A DNA stretch of 63,895 bases, filler included, from Rhabdomonas costata (Eukaryota), in NCBI GenBank assembly GCA_019059605.1. It is 51 parts of 51 records of this genome, joined end to end, with 100 filler letters (N's around TTAATTAATTAA, not from the genome) between each part and the next. Parts side by side here need not be neighbours in the genome. Positions count along the whole stretch, not along the records: positions 48,943 to 50,097 come from JAHMHO010025930.1; positions 50,198 to 51,351 come from JAHMHO010025931.1; positions 51,452 to 52,609 come from JAHMHO010025932.1; positions 52,710 to 53,863 come from JAHMHO010025933.1; positions 53,964 to 55,117 come from JAHMHO010025934.1; positions 55,218 to 56,371 come from JAHMHO010025935.1; positions 56,472 to 57,626 come from JAHMHO010025936.1; positions 57,727 to 58,880 come from JAHMHO010025937.1; 43 more parts are not named here. One strand, written 5' to 3'. How positions within the stretch are numbered: position 1 is the first letter of the stretch; each line of letters opens with the position of its first letter. The position numbers were made by a program, and so were the translations under genes. A model generated the notes under the pieces. It saw only the letters and a program-made list of their open reading frames with translations, did not search any database and had not been told where the DNA came from. Positions 49,081-61,053 of this stretch are shown one piece after another.

Positions 49081-51559
49081 GACATCCTGTCTCGCCCCGC
49101 TGTGGGTAACTTCCCAGAACCAAGCGGAACTCTACTCCATCTTTCATTGCATCCGACAGGCTGCCCTGCGCTCCCACACACACATGTGTCGTCACAGACA
49201 GTACTGCCTCCTTTTACGCACTCAGTTCCGGGAGAGCGTCTCTCACGCACCCTGTCTTCCTTCGCATCCTTCGCCGAATCTGGCGAGTGGCAAACCAGTT
49301 TTCTCTTAAAATTGCCCTTGCTCTCACGCCCTCTTGCTCAAACGCCGCTGACGCGGTATCTCGCATCCATCAGCTCCCACCTTATCTCGTTCTTCTCCGA
49401 TCCACACGTCTCCACGCCCTCACCCGCCCCTTCTCACATTCTCTGGTCATTCCTCGTCCCGTTTTTGGCAACGAGAGGGGGTTGTTTTGGGTCACTGGTC
49501 AAGTGAAGAGATTTGACTTTGCGTGCGCGAAACAAAAGGTTCCGTATGTTTAGTGAGGAATTTCTTTCGTTTGGAATATCAAAATGTCATGTCCTTACTG
49601 CGTTTTTCGTTCTTATCAAGAACGTAGAGAGACCTAGATATACGTCCAAAACGGGTAGGGAGGGGAGGGGAGGCGATTTCAGACCAACACCTCTCCCCCC
49701 TGTTTCCCCTTTGTCATGGAGGCACTGAGTACCCCAAAACCATTGTTGGGGGTCTTTATATATACAGAAGGCCTCCCAAGACGCTGCGGGCACGTCCTCG
49801 TTCTCCTCGGTGGGGTCCTCGTTCTCCTCGGTGGGTGTGTTGGTTTCTAAATAAAAGTGCTGGGTGAAACGTTGGACGGACATGCTGGTCACGAACAATA
49901 TACCCGCAACAATGGTGTACCGGCTCGGTTCAGAAGTCGGGCACTCTACACCGGGTCATCGCCCTTCCGCGTGCGAGCGGGCATGGTGTGGTGGAGGGTT
50001 ATTGTGAGAAAACATCACGGAACTGAACAAAAAGAAGATTATTCAAGACCCTGTCTTTTTTTTGTTCAGTTCCGTGATGTTTTCTCACAACAACCCCNNN
50101 NNNNNNNNNNNNNNNNNNNNNNNNNNNNNNNNNNNNNNNNNTTAATTAATTAANNNNNNNNNNNNNNNNNNNNNNNNNNNNNNNNNNNNNNNNNNNNGGG
50201 TGTGTGTTGATGTGATAGAATGGAATCTTCGTATTTTCCATGAAGAAAGTGCTGGTGCCCGTGCCCGCCGTGTGCATGAAGTATATGCATTTTTGTGTTA
50301 TAATTGCTTTTGTTCGGTGAGGATGTTTATTGCCCCGCTCAAGCGAAACAAAATCCTATCTTAGCTGTTCAAGAACGCTAGAGGGAGGGAGGGGTGCCGT
50401 GAGTTCCAGTGTACCGCCGTTCGTGCCCTCCCCCTTGGGTTGCCGTGGTTGCTGTTCGAACCCGAGCGTCCCCCACTGAACTCTGTCATGCATGTTCCCT
50501 TGTATAGTCCTCCACAACACAAGGCCACAAATGTCCAGCGTCCCAGCAAATGAATCAATGAATGTCCAGTGTCCGGCGTGGACGACCTTGGACGCTGGCC
50601 ATTCATTGGCCTTGTGTTGTGGAGATGATGCCTTGTATGTTTGTATGTTTGTTGGGAATAACACTCGGGTCATGCCCCACGGACTTTGGTTCTAAGTGGT
50701 CGTGGAGTGCACCCAGTAGTTGCAGGGAGACAGTTTTCTGGATCATTCACGTTGCATATGTCCATCTTTTGCAGGGTTTGAATGCGGTTCGACTGCTGGG
50801 TGCGACAGCCGCTGTCCTCGGTGCGAGATTTTCCTCTCTTATGCTGCCCCTCCCCCTCGGAACCCCGCTCTCTCCTTCACGTGAATGGACACCCCGTGCT
50901 GGTCACACCCCAAATATGCGAGACTGCCGTGATATCTTAGCGCCCAACTTTAGTGCCACTTATGGCCCTTCTGATGGCCTTCTAAATTCTTTTCTCTGGC
51001 TTGCCATGCACTTTCGTCAGAGTTTTGATCGTGTTCCGAGTCTTGGACCAAATCAAACTCACTCTGTTGTCGTTGTGCTTTTCATCGCAGGGATTCACTT
51101 TTTCTTCTGGCCTGTTGATGGGTCTCACAACCGCTGCTAATTGCGGATGTGTGCGCGTTTCCCCATCCACACTGTTTTTCATGTGGTCTCACACGCAGGT
51201 GGCCAGAACGAGCGCCTGGATTCATGCATTAATCGGCTGCTTCCCCTGCTGATGCTCTTCGCGTACAGCCGACATCAGCTGCATTGTAATCTTTCTCTCT
51301 TTCTGCCATTCTCTCTCGTTGTTCGGCTCGGGTGCGCAAGGCCACCAACACNNNNNNNNNNNNNNNNNNNNNNNNNNNNNNNNNNNNNNNNNNNNTTAAT
51401 TAATTAANNNNNNNNNNNNNNNNNNNNNNNNNNNNNNNNNNNNNNNNNNNNTGTGTTGTTGTGTCGACTCCGAAGGACACACTTTGCAAGGCGTTCAACC
51501 CACAGACAATGGAACAAAATGTACCCACTTGAGCGGTGTTTGTTTGTTTGCGTGTGGCA

Positions 51560-52095
51560 CATTCCCTGGCACAACTCCTGCTTCAACATAGCCTCGTAAG
51601 CGACAAGGTCGTCCAAGGTGAACCGGTCAAGGACTTTGGCATCCTGAGAAAATGCCGGAAAGCGGGTAGGGGAGGAGTTCCGAAAAGCATCGCGTCCAAG
51701 TGTGTGTGTGTGTGTGTGTGGGCCGACCCCAATGGGCCCCATACTGCTGTTGTACGTGGGAGGAAGCCATCACCGCCCAGTTTTCCAGCCAAGTTTTCCA
51801 ACGCATCCAACCCAGGAAACAGCTTCCGCTCCTGGAAGATTCATTCGCAGGAGAAAAGATAGCAAGGGAAGCGACGATCACAGCGGTGGCAGTGAGGAGG
51901 GGAGGGGAAGAGGGAAAGGAGCACGGGCAGGGGTGGGATGCCCTTCCGCTGAGGTTGGCGAAGATGTCCGAAGGCTTAAGGTGCTTGGGCCATTGGCGGA
52001 ACATGGGCAGAAATCTCGCTAGCTTCCCCAGCTGATCTCTGCACTGCTCGGAACAGGAGGGCTGCCCAGAGATCGACCGCTCCTCCGCTGTGCAT
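51560..52095 (-). CDS. Probable three-exon fragment, unidentified protein
   Basis: ...QLGKLARFLPMFRQWPKHLKPSDIFANLSGR|GCATCC..CAG|ERKLFPGLDALENLAGKLGGDGFLPRTTA|GTATGG..CAG|DAKVLDRFTLDDLVAYEAMLKQELCQG. Phase-0 junctions. Confidence 0.45.
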
Positions 52096-55000
52096 ACAAG
52101 TGTGTCCCAGAAAAGCAAAAAATGAAGTGGAAACCAGATCCAGAAGAAGCAGATCGTTCGAGGGTTTCATTCCCACGGTATCTTGAAATTCCAATACCTT
52201 TAACATCTCAAAAATCGACACACATTTACCCCGGTTTGACATGATCAAAACATCTTCAGGCATGCGTACGTGTGCCCGCGTCTTTAAACGCGTCATGGCA
52301 GGATTTGCTGTTCCTACGCTGTGCTGTAATTTCCGCCTCTTTTTTGACGCATAAAGGGCCACCCAATCCTTCACGTCAGGAGATATTCACCAAGGGGATA
52401 ACCACCAGTCCTAGAAGCAAATGAAGACTTTCAATGTCATGACCACATCACAAACCCTTGCTGACACACCAGCGTGCAGGTGGGCGGACGGTGTGCCAGC
52501 CTACAGTTCTTTCTCTTATCAAAGCCAAGCCCGAGGCAAAGCCAGTGCCAAAACAATTAGTCCTTCCAAGGCTGTGCAAACGCAAAAAAAAAAAAAACCC
52601 CCAAACACCNNNNNNNNNNNNNNNNNNNNNNNNNNNNNNNNNNNNNNNNNNNNTTAATTAATTAANNNNNNNNNNNNNNNNNNNNNNNNNNNNNNNNNNN
52701 NNNNNNNNNGTGGGGGGGGTCACGCTGCGGCGTGTGTGTCTGTGTGTGCCGTGTTCCTGTTCAGTTGCTTTTTGCAAATTACCTGTTGAGGTGATTCTGT
52801 GTTTTGTCTCCGCAAAACGTGTGTGTATACTGGGGCTGCAAGCTAAATGCAGACGTTGTGGACAACAAAGTTATCCGACCGAAAGTATAAAGAACTGAGG
52901 TGGCAGAGCAGAATTAGTTGCACACTGGCTCAGGAGACGAAGGGAACCCCTCGAAGACGGTCTCTATTTCACTCCAGCAGGCAATGGAGAGGCACACGTG
53001 ACTCAAGGTGACAGGCACCGTGGGTGGCACCGCTCTTTCAGTGCTGCCCCTTCTTTGCCACTAGGACTGCCCAGGGCAGGGCCCTTCGTCGACCTACGCC
53101 GTGGATGCCTCACGTCTCCCCGGTTGTTGGTGATCGCACCGACCCCTCAGCTGATTGCACGGTATTTCCCGCACCCTTTGAGATTTGAGGAAGGGGCTGC
53201 AGGCTGTATTTATTTCGGTTTAGGGATCCCGAGTCTCTCAGCCCACTTCAAATCTCTTTGATCACCAAACGTCCCATAGATATAAGATGGCCGCCACAGA
53301 AATACGCTCCTTGCCAGAGGACGATTTCTCGTCATGAAAGCAGTGGCAACGTGGAGAAACTCCTGCTGAGGGTAACATTGCGGTTAGTTAGATACGGTGG
53401 ATCAGAGGTTGGAGAAAGAGTTGCTATTTCAGTCCTTTTTCGTTCGTATCCCATTGACCCCCCCCCAACCCGCAAAAATGGGAGTGCCAACAGGCGCGCG
53501 CAGCCTTTTTACAGGGACCATTGTTTTTGGCGGGAGGGTCTCATGAAATGGAAGTGTCGTTGCTGCGCCTTGGTGGAGCATTGGGCAGGTTTGCGTGAAA
53601 GGTGAAGCCAGTGCTGTGTATCCGGAGCGGACGGCTGGATTGGGCCTTCCCCTGGGATGTGCCATTCCTCGTCTCGCACTTTCGCATTACGAAACGACAG
53701 AACCAGTGCTTATTCCGCGTTTTTTTATGGCCTACTATATCAACTATCTCTAGTTGTACTTCAGAAAAACCTCTGACACCCTCCAGGCAGACATTATTTA
53801 AAGGGCGGTGTCTGAAAGTATGGCCGTTTAGCAGTGCTGAATGTTTTAGCTCCCCCACACCACNNNNNNNNNNNNNNNNNNNNNNNNNNNNNNNNNNNNN
53901 NNNNNNNTTAATTAATTAANNNNNNNNNNNNNNNNNNNNNNNNNNNNNNNNNNNNNNNNNNNNGGGTTTTTGTTGTGATGCTCCCTGCATCTGTGCAAAT
54001 GAGAAATGATGAAGGATGGCGCGAACAGGTTCAACACCTGCGACAAGAAAACATGCACGTCTGAAATGGGCTGGCGTGCCTCGCATTGGGAAAAGCATTT
54101 TATTGCAGCGAGTCCTTAGTAGCGGAGTGAACACAATAATAGATAAACGTTAACCAGAAACTTTCGGCAACACCGGTAGCTGGTGCCGAAAATCCGTTTG
54201 TTAAACTGCTGACCTCCGCCTCCAACGAACGTTGAACCTGTTCGCGCCATCCTTCATCATTTCTCATTTGCACAGATGCAGGGAGCATCACTTCACGAAG
54301 CAGCAAATACACACACAGGCAAACATGTGTGCACAAACATTTCACCTTGGAAAAGAGGTTCAGCATGAAGAGCTTGGAGAGGCCCTTTGTGGCCCCACGA
54401 AATAGCTCGTCCTCAAGGGCCATGGTTTTGCGCACGGGAATATGCGCGTTTCTGACCCAATCTCAGCTCATTTGAGTGCAAAGCACACCAAATCACCCAA
54501 CCCGCGGCAGTGCTGAAAAGAAAGCACCCATAATCATGTATAGTCACAGGGGAGGGAAGTAATGGGAGTCATGCAATGAGCATTTTCACAGAGATTGTGA
54601 GTCCTACCAATCACTTCCTGAGACTCAACTTTGAGTGACAGCCCTCTGCTTCCACGGTTTGCATCGATGTGGACGACTGCTTTTCAATGCCGAGCGGAAA
54701 GTGTGGTACATTTGAACAAAACTCAAGTGCACAGCACAAACGCAATTGGGGGGGGGGGGCAACATCGGTCTCCAAAACAGGGAAGAGTGCAAAGAAGTTG
54801 GCAACACACGCTAAGAGAGTGGGTCTCTATGGGGATCAAAGGGATCCAGGCTGAGGGACGGATAGCCGTCGCTCCATCCCCACGTCAGGGAGGGATAGAT
54901 GGAGGCAGGCTCACAGCAAGGCAAGGCGATGCAAGGCTCATTTCGTAAGCTCCCCCATCTTCCCATGTGCAGGTAGCTCACTCTCACTCTTGCTCTTTCT

Positions 55001-55418
55001 ATCTCTTCCTTACTTTTAATGAAGATCCTCGTCCTGCAGAGGGACCTTCACCTTGTCCCCAGGCGCAGCAGCCTCAGCGGGCTTCTTCGCGGGCTCCTTA
55101 GCGGCCTCCACACACCCNNNNNNNNNNNNNNNNNNNNNNNNNNNNNNNNNNNNNNNNNNNNTTAATTAATTAANNNNNNNNNNNNNNNNNNNNNNNNNNN
55201 NNNNNNNNNNNNNNNNNGGGTGGGGGGTGGTGTGAATAACACATTCCGGTAAAAGTTCACCAATGCCTCGGAAAAAAGGGGATAACGGGAAGACAGGGTT
55301 CAGCTAAAAAAGGGCACTGAAGAAGGGGCACGGAAATGATGAAGGAAAGGAGACAGAGAGATGGCATCCCCTCCACTACATCATCACCACTTCCTACGCC
55401 CAATCAATACTCCGCTTT

Positions 55419-56371
55419 TCACAGCCCGGGGGACGGGGGAACCTCAGCCGGAACCGGGAGGGCAGACAGACAGAGCATTGCGATTTCCAGCAGCTGCTCA
55501 CGGGTCACGGGCTTGCACAGGAAGGAGTCCGCGCCAGCCTGCCAAAGAATTATGAGGATCTTTTTGTGCACAAAGGCATTTTGACAAGAATTTTGTTTAA
55601 AGCACTCCCACGGTGCAGCAGCACAAACTTACCCAATGTGTCCGAATTGTCAGCGATGCAGCCTTCCAAACGAACGAATCCGTACATGCCTGCCCCCTCA
55701 TCCGCTCATTCCCTCATATGCAGCAGAGTGTCAATTTGACGACAGCTGCTGCCTTTGCCAGGAAGCGATACACTCACTGTTCGCAAGTTCCAAGGTCAGC
55801 ACCAAGCCCCTAAGTCTCCCACGAGGTGCTCCATTGGAAAAGATGTGGTCTGGGATGCTCACGGCCTATCGCAAAATACCGTGTAGCCTCCTTCGGCTTG
55901 GAAGACGGGGAGAACAGGTCTCAGATTGCAATCCAATTTCCTATTTGGCGCTGGCACGAGTTTAAAGGCACACTGAATGGCTCGCTGCAACGCTCTGCAA
56001 TATCCTGGATAAACTTGGTGAAAATCCACCCTGTTCCAAAGACTTTCGAATTGCTCACTTCTGCGTTTGGCTTCAGTTATAACTTGTACAAACATTCCAG
56101 AAGACTAAGCCGTGCGACGCATAGCAGGAAAGAAGGCCGCTGCACTGCACCTGAACACAGCTGTACCGTGTGTCCTCTCCGGCATCCCCGCTCAGCACAG
56201 TGATCATCGGCACACGCCGGGAAGAAGCAGCTTGGGCGGAGCCCCTATCGTGCACCGGTGGTGCCAGTGGCGGTCGCCGTGAGGGCCCCTCAGCAGCCGA
56301 AGGCCCCTCGGAACGGATCTTCGCCGCCAGCTGCAGCCCGTCCATCGGCCCACTGAGGTTGAGGTCGGTCA
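55419..56371 (-). CDS. C-terminal response-regulator receiver (REC) domain; exons 56371-56151, 55538-55419 (TGA)
   Basis: TDLNLSGPMDGLQLAAKIR...VPMITVLSGDAGEDTRYSCVQ-AGADSFLCKPVTREQLLEIA retains the phospho-Asp, MDG, Ser/Thr and KP motifs. GT-AG intron 56150-55539. Confidence 0.92.
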
Positions 56372-57136
56372 NNNNNNNNNNNNNNNNNNNNNNNNNNNNN
56401 NNNNNNNNNNNNNNNTTAATTAATTAANNNNNNNNNNNNNNNNNNNNNNNNNNNNNNNNNNNNNNNNNNNNGGTTGGTTGGCCATCAGGTGCGTGTGTGT
56501 GTTGTTTACAGATGTGAAGATATAAAGCGGCTGTGAGAGACACCCGAAGTGCTTTGGGGACGGGCAAAACGTCAGCTATGAGTTGGAGTATGGGCACTCC
56601 TCCTCAGCTCCAAAATACGCAACGAAAAACTACACCTCTCCGTAGAAGGCTCTCGCCCACGGACCAGTGGTTCGGTGGTGGAGGTAGCGGAACTTGTCCA
56701 TCATTTTTATTCCTAAGACCACAGAGAACCCACCACCAACATCAGCTTGACGACAGCACGAGAAGTCAGGAATCTACCTCTTCAGGGAAAGGATAATGAC
56801 ATCGGCACCATTCCAAAAAGTCTTCGCACAATATTGTCATCACCCATTCAGCCAGTATTCTCCAGATAATGCAGTTGTGAAAAATAGCACAAATGGCGGG
56901 AATAAGTTTTCACAAGAGGGTGAAGCCGAAGCAGGCCCGGAGTCGTCCTTTGGCGGGAACACATACCGCTGCGCACTTCGCAAGTGAGGTTGTTCGCGAG
57001 GTTTCGGAGGTTCACTCCCAAAGAGCTATGGGGCCCAGGCTCTGACAGCACAAAGGCAACAACATGCGCAATTGTAAAGCAGCAGGCGCAGAAGAAGCAC
57101 CGCCACTCCATGAGAAGTGCCAACATTGACGGGGAG

Positions 57137-57193
57137 GATCTTCGGGGGTCTCACCGATCTTCGGGGGTCTCACCGATCTTCGGGGGTCTCACC
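57137..57193 (+). repeat. Perfect tandem repeat (GATCTTCGGGGGTCTCACC)x3
   Basis: Three identical 19-nt units with no spacers. Confidence 0.95.
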
Positions 57194-60100
57194 AACTCTC
57201 ATCACGACAATAAGAAAGCAACTCGTCTAAAAAGAGCCCATCACAACATCAAGAGAAAAGGAAGCACCATTACGTGCACCCCTCAAACGCCATCTTAGGG
57301 AGGACGCCGTCGCCACTAAATGTGAACACTGTGAGGAGAAACAGTCCCAGTCCCAGTAATATTTTGCACGGCTAAGAATTCATCAATCTGATTTCTTGGT
57401 CGGAAAAAGTTAAACTGAAGTTTCGCACGTTCCTCTCCTTTTCCACCACAGTCACACATTTATATCTCTCATTCCCTGTGTTCCGGAACCCACCTCGCCC
57501 CTTTTCTCTTCCCGCCCACCATGTCCTCGGAGCCAGATCCTCAGCGGCGGCGCACCGAGGAAGCCCCCCCAAAGTGGGCCCTGGAGCTCTCTGAACAGGT
57601 CCGCCACCTTAGCCAGCGAGTGGAAGNNNNNNNNNNNNNNNNNNNNNNNNNNNNNNNNNNNNNNNNNNNNTTAATTAATTAANNNNNNNNNNNNNNNNNN
57701 NNNNNNNNNNNNNNNNNNNNNNNNNNTGTGGTTGTGTATTTATGGCCCCCCCTATCAAGTGCATTTATCCCCCACCGTATTTGAGCTGCGAACTAGTGCT
57801 TTGTATGGGCCCTTTCCTCAGAGTGCAGGGCGTCAGGTGGTGATGCACGGGTCTCTGGGATGACAAAAAAGCTTTTGCAAGTGGTAAGGAGGTGATACAC
57901 GGGCACACTTTACAGGATGTCTGGGTCCGCTCCGCTGCGCTCCGGGGCCCAAGACCCTAGGTGCTTTCATCTGACATGCGCGGGTTACAGCCGGGTGGGG
58001 GTGGGAGTACTTCAAAGGGGTCATAAATGCACTTATGACGAGCTGGTAGGACGAAGAATGAAGGGTAAAAAAGCCACACAGCTGGTAAATTAAGATACCC
58101 GGTCCAAGGTGACAATCCCGTCGTCTTCGCCCTCCGGGATGTTCAAGGTAAGGGTGTTGGGGTCCGAGTACTTCCTCGGCTTCTTCGGCATTGCAAGGGC
58201 AGCCGATGATTCGTTCAGAAACCGCAAACTGTTCAAAATCAAAGAAGAAGTGGTCTCAGGGACAATGCCTCGAGACCAAACCCACAGCAACAAGCAAAAC
58301 CTGTTGGAAACGGAGAGGGATGGGGGGGGGGGGTGTTACCAACCATTAGTAGGTAGGGGTGAATTGCTTTCTCTTCTTTCATTTTTGAGATGCACGAGGC
58401 GCGCATGTGGGTACGAATCAACATCAAAAACAACAACAACAAGCAAACCGCTCGAGTGCACACTCGCATGTGTTTCTTTTTCTGGAGGCTAGCGGGAAGG
58501 CCAGCAGACGCCCATTCCGAAGCCAGCAATACGTAATCATGAGATCTACCCTTGTAAGGTTTAGCATGCCCGGCCATACGCAAGGGCTGCACATGCAGGC
58601 ATACGCACGGCTACACACAAGGAACTTTTCCAAGGAAGACACCAAATCCTTAAAATGGCCCAAAGCACCGCAAATCTAAGCGGTAGGAATCGAGTCCAAC
58701 CAACCGCACCATGAAGTTCTCGTAAAATTTACTCAGCACGCCAGGCTGCTGGCTGGTATGCCGGCATGCAAAAAGTCCAAAAAGTGCTTCCCCAGGCCTT
58801 AGAATTGCGGGTAAGCCCCCTCCCTAGGATTCAGAAGAAGCCAGTCACCTCATCTCAACAATACTACCATACCACGAAATNNNNNNNNNNNNNNNNNNNN
58901 NNNNNNNNNNNNNNNNNNNNNNNNTTAATTAATTAANNNNNNNNNNNNNNNNNNNNNNNNNNNNNNNNNNNNNNNNNNNNGGGGGGTGGTCAGTGGCACC
59001 GGTCTTCAGAAGGGCAGAGGCGATGCCCCTGCCAATGCCTTCGCTGGAGCCCGTCACAAGGGCGACCTTATGCGCTAGCCTCAGGTAAGATCTGCGCATT
59101 GGGCTTTTGCTCCAACAAAAAAACCAAAGGAGTTAAACTGCGCAGAACAAATAAAAGCTTCAAACTCCGCTCTTTTCCATGCCTCCCAAATTGCAATCCG
59201 TCGCAGAAGGGTTTCCCAGGGCCAGCCTTTTGCAAAGAAAAAATGCAGGCGCATTGTTCAATTAAATCGCTGGTCCGCCCCAAAACAGTAATATTCCCGG
59301 CAAGGGCAGCGCCTCTCTCTCCCTCTCTCTCTTCTGGCTAACGGCTACCTGGTGGAAAAACAAAAGGCCTGGAGGGGAGCCACCACCTCAGTGTGGGCCC
59401 CGAAATTCAATCGCTGTGAATCGTGTAATGCTATTTGAACCACCCTGAGGCCATGCTTCACCAGCTTCGCTTCAGCTCACTACCCACCCACGGAACAAAA
59501 ACGTGGTCAACACAGCGCCTGGAGGTTCCTTGTTGTACAACAAAAAGGCCCGGGGGCCATCCTTGGCTTCCGGACACTAAACAGCAGCAACAACGCAACC
59601 ACAACAGCAGGAAATGGGAGGGCGGGAGAAAGGGGGGGCGTGCCAAAGGAAGGACTGGCCTTGTGGGCTCCGCAATCGCACAGAGTCCACTCGCACACAA
59701 GTGGAGGATCCACTCGCCCCATTACTTGGGTCGCCGTACCGTCCCATAGCCCTCCGAAAAAGAAAAAAAGCTCGCTCCGGTTCGCTACGACACCTCAAAA
59801 GCACAAATACCATTGCACATGTGGGTACCTCGCCCAGCACCAAGAAGTCTCTCTCACAGCGGAAAGCTTTTGAACGAAACCTCGCATTACTCAGCGAGAG
59901 AAGCAGTCTCACTGAAAAAAGTACGTAACCCTGATTGCCTGTGCTTGCTGGAAGCAAAGACACTTCAAAAGGTCAAAACGGACTTACATTCCCTTCTTAC
60001 CCCTCCCCCCTAGCAAGGCCCCTTCACAAGTCCGATTTTGTAAATGCCGCCGTTGTGGTCGCGGGCGTCCCCGCGCACACCCTCCAACTTGCAGAAAGCA

Positions 60101-60389
60101 TCACAAAAAAAAAAGGAGAGAGAAATTCTCAGCANNNNNNNNNNNNNNNNNNNNNNNNNNNNNNNNNNNNNNNNNNNNTTAATTAATTAANNNNNNNNNN
60201 NNNNNNNNNNNNNNNNNNNNNNNNNNNNNNNNNNTTGTTTTGGTCCAGTAGCATCATCTACTCGTTTATGAGATGACGTGCACGTAGGTCTGGGGCTGCT
60301 GTTGTTGTTTAGGTGCTCACACGATCTTCAGAGTTATTGCATTGTCCCGCATGTCATCCTCGCGCGCGGACTAGCATCTGGCCGGTGTG

Positions 60390-61053
60390 GCACGAACCGG
60401 TATTTCTGGGAATGAGGGTGACGCCGGCGCCCAAGGTTCAGCCTGGCCCCCCGCAGGGGCTAATCGTGATCGAGGTGCTGCCCGACTCGCCCGCAGAATC
60501 GGTCGGGATTAGGGTGTGTCTGTTTGCGTGAAGTTTTCGCGGTGCAAAGAATTTGACTCATTTCAACCAGGTCTCCTCAGACCCCATATAATTGCCATCG
60601 CCTTCAGCAGGATGATGGTCTCGCGACGCCCTGCCATTTTCGTTCGCACTGGTGAGGAAGAAAGGACGAGTTTTGATTTGCCACGCCAGAAATTTTTTCG
60701 AATTTTGCACCCATCTGGAATGCCACCACATCGCACATGCAGGTCGTATAGTGTGGTACTCCAACGGGTAGTTTTCTGATTGGTGATCATAATGCAGTCG
60801 AGAAAAACAAGAATTTCCTGGTTCTTAGTTTACGTTGTAACGTACTTTGGGATTATTCGGAAAGAAAAGGGAACCACGCGGTGGACCAGCTCCTCGGATT
60901 GTTTTGAGGTTGTCGCCTTGCTGCATCATGTTCGCATCTGCACCTCTCTCGGGCATACGCCTTGTATTCAGGTGAAAGACGTTATGCAGCAGTGGGGCAC
61001 CACTGTGCTGAACATGTCCATGTGGAACGTGCTGCTTCGAACCACGCGCCCAG
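60390..61053 (+). CDS. PDZ-domain protein, partial; exons ~60390-60513, 60972-61053
   Basis: PVFLGMRVTPAPKVQPGPPQGLIVIEVLPDSPAESVGIR-VKDVMQQWGTTVLN...LLRTTRPG shows the PDZ pattern LG......G..V..V.P.SPA...GI...D.I. GT-AG intron 60514-60971. Confidence 0.8.
60556..60747 (-). repeat. Dispersed repeat family 2, copy B (short form, inside PDZ-gene intron)
   Basis: Reverse complement matches 24445-24604 and 24765-24812. Confidence 0.9.

Noticed and set aside
57137-57193. Mini-CRISPR from the 19-nt repeats
   Set aside because: Units are directly adjacent with no spacers, so this is a simple tandem repeat.
60600-60780. Intronic C/D-box snoRNA in repeat family 2
   Set aside because: The C-box-like ATGATG is not conserved in the other copy (ATGATA) and no terminal stem was seen.
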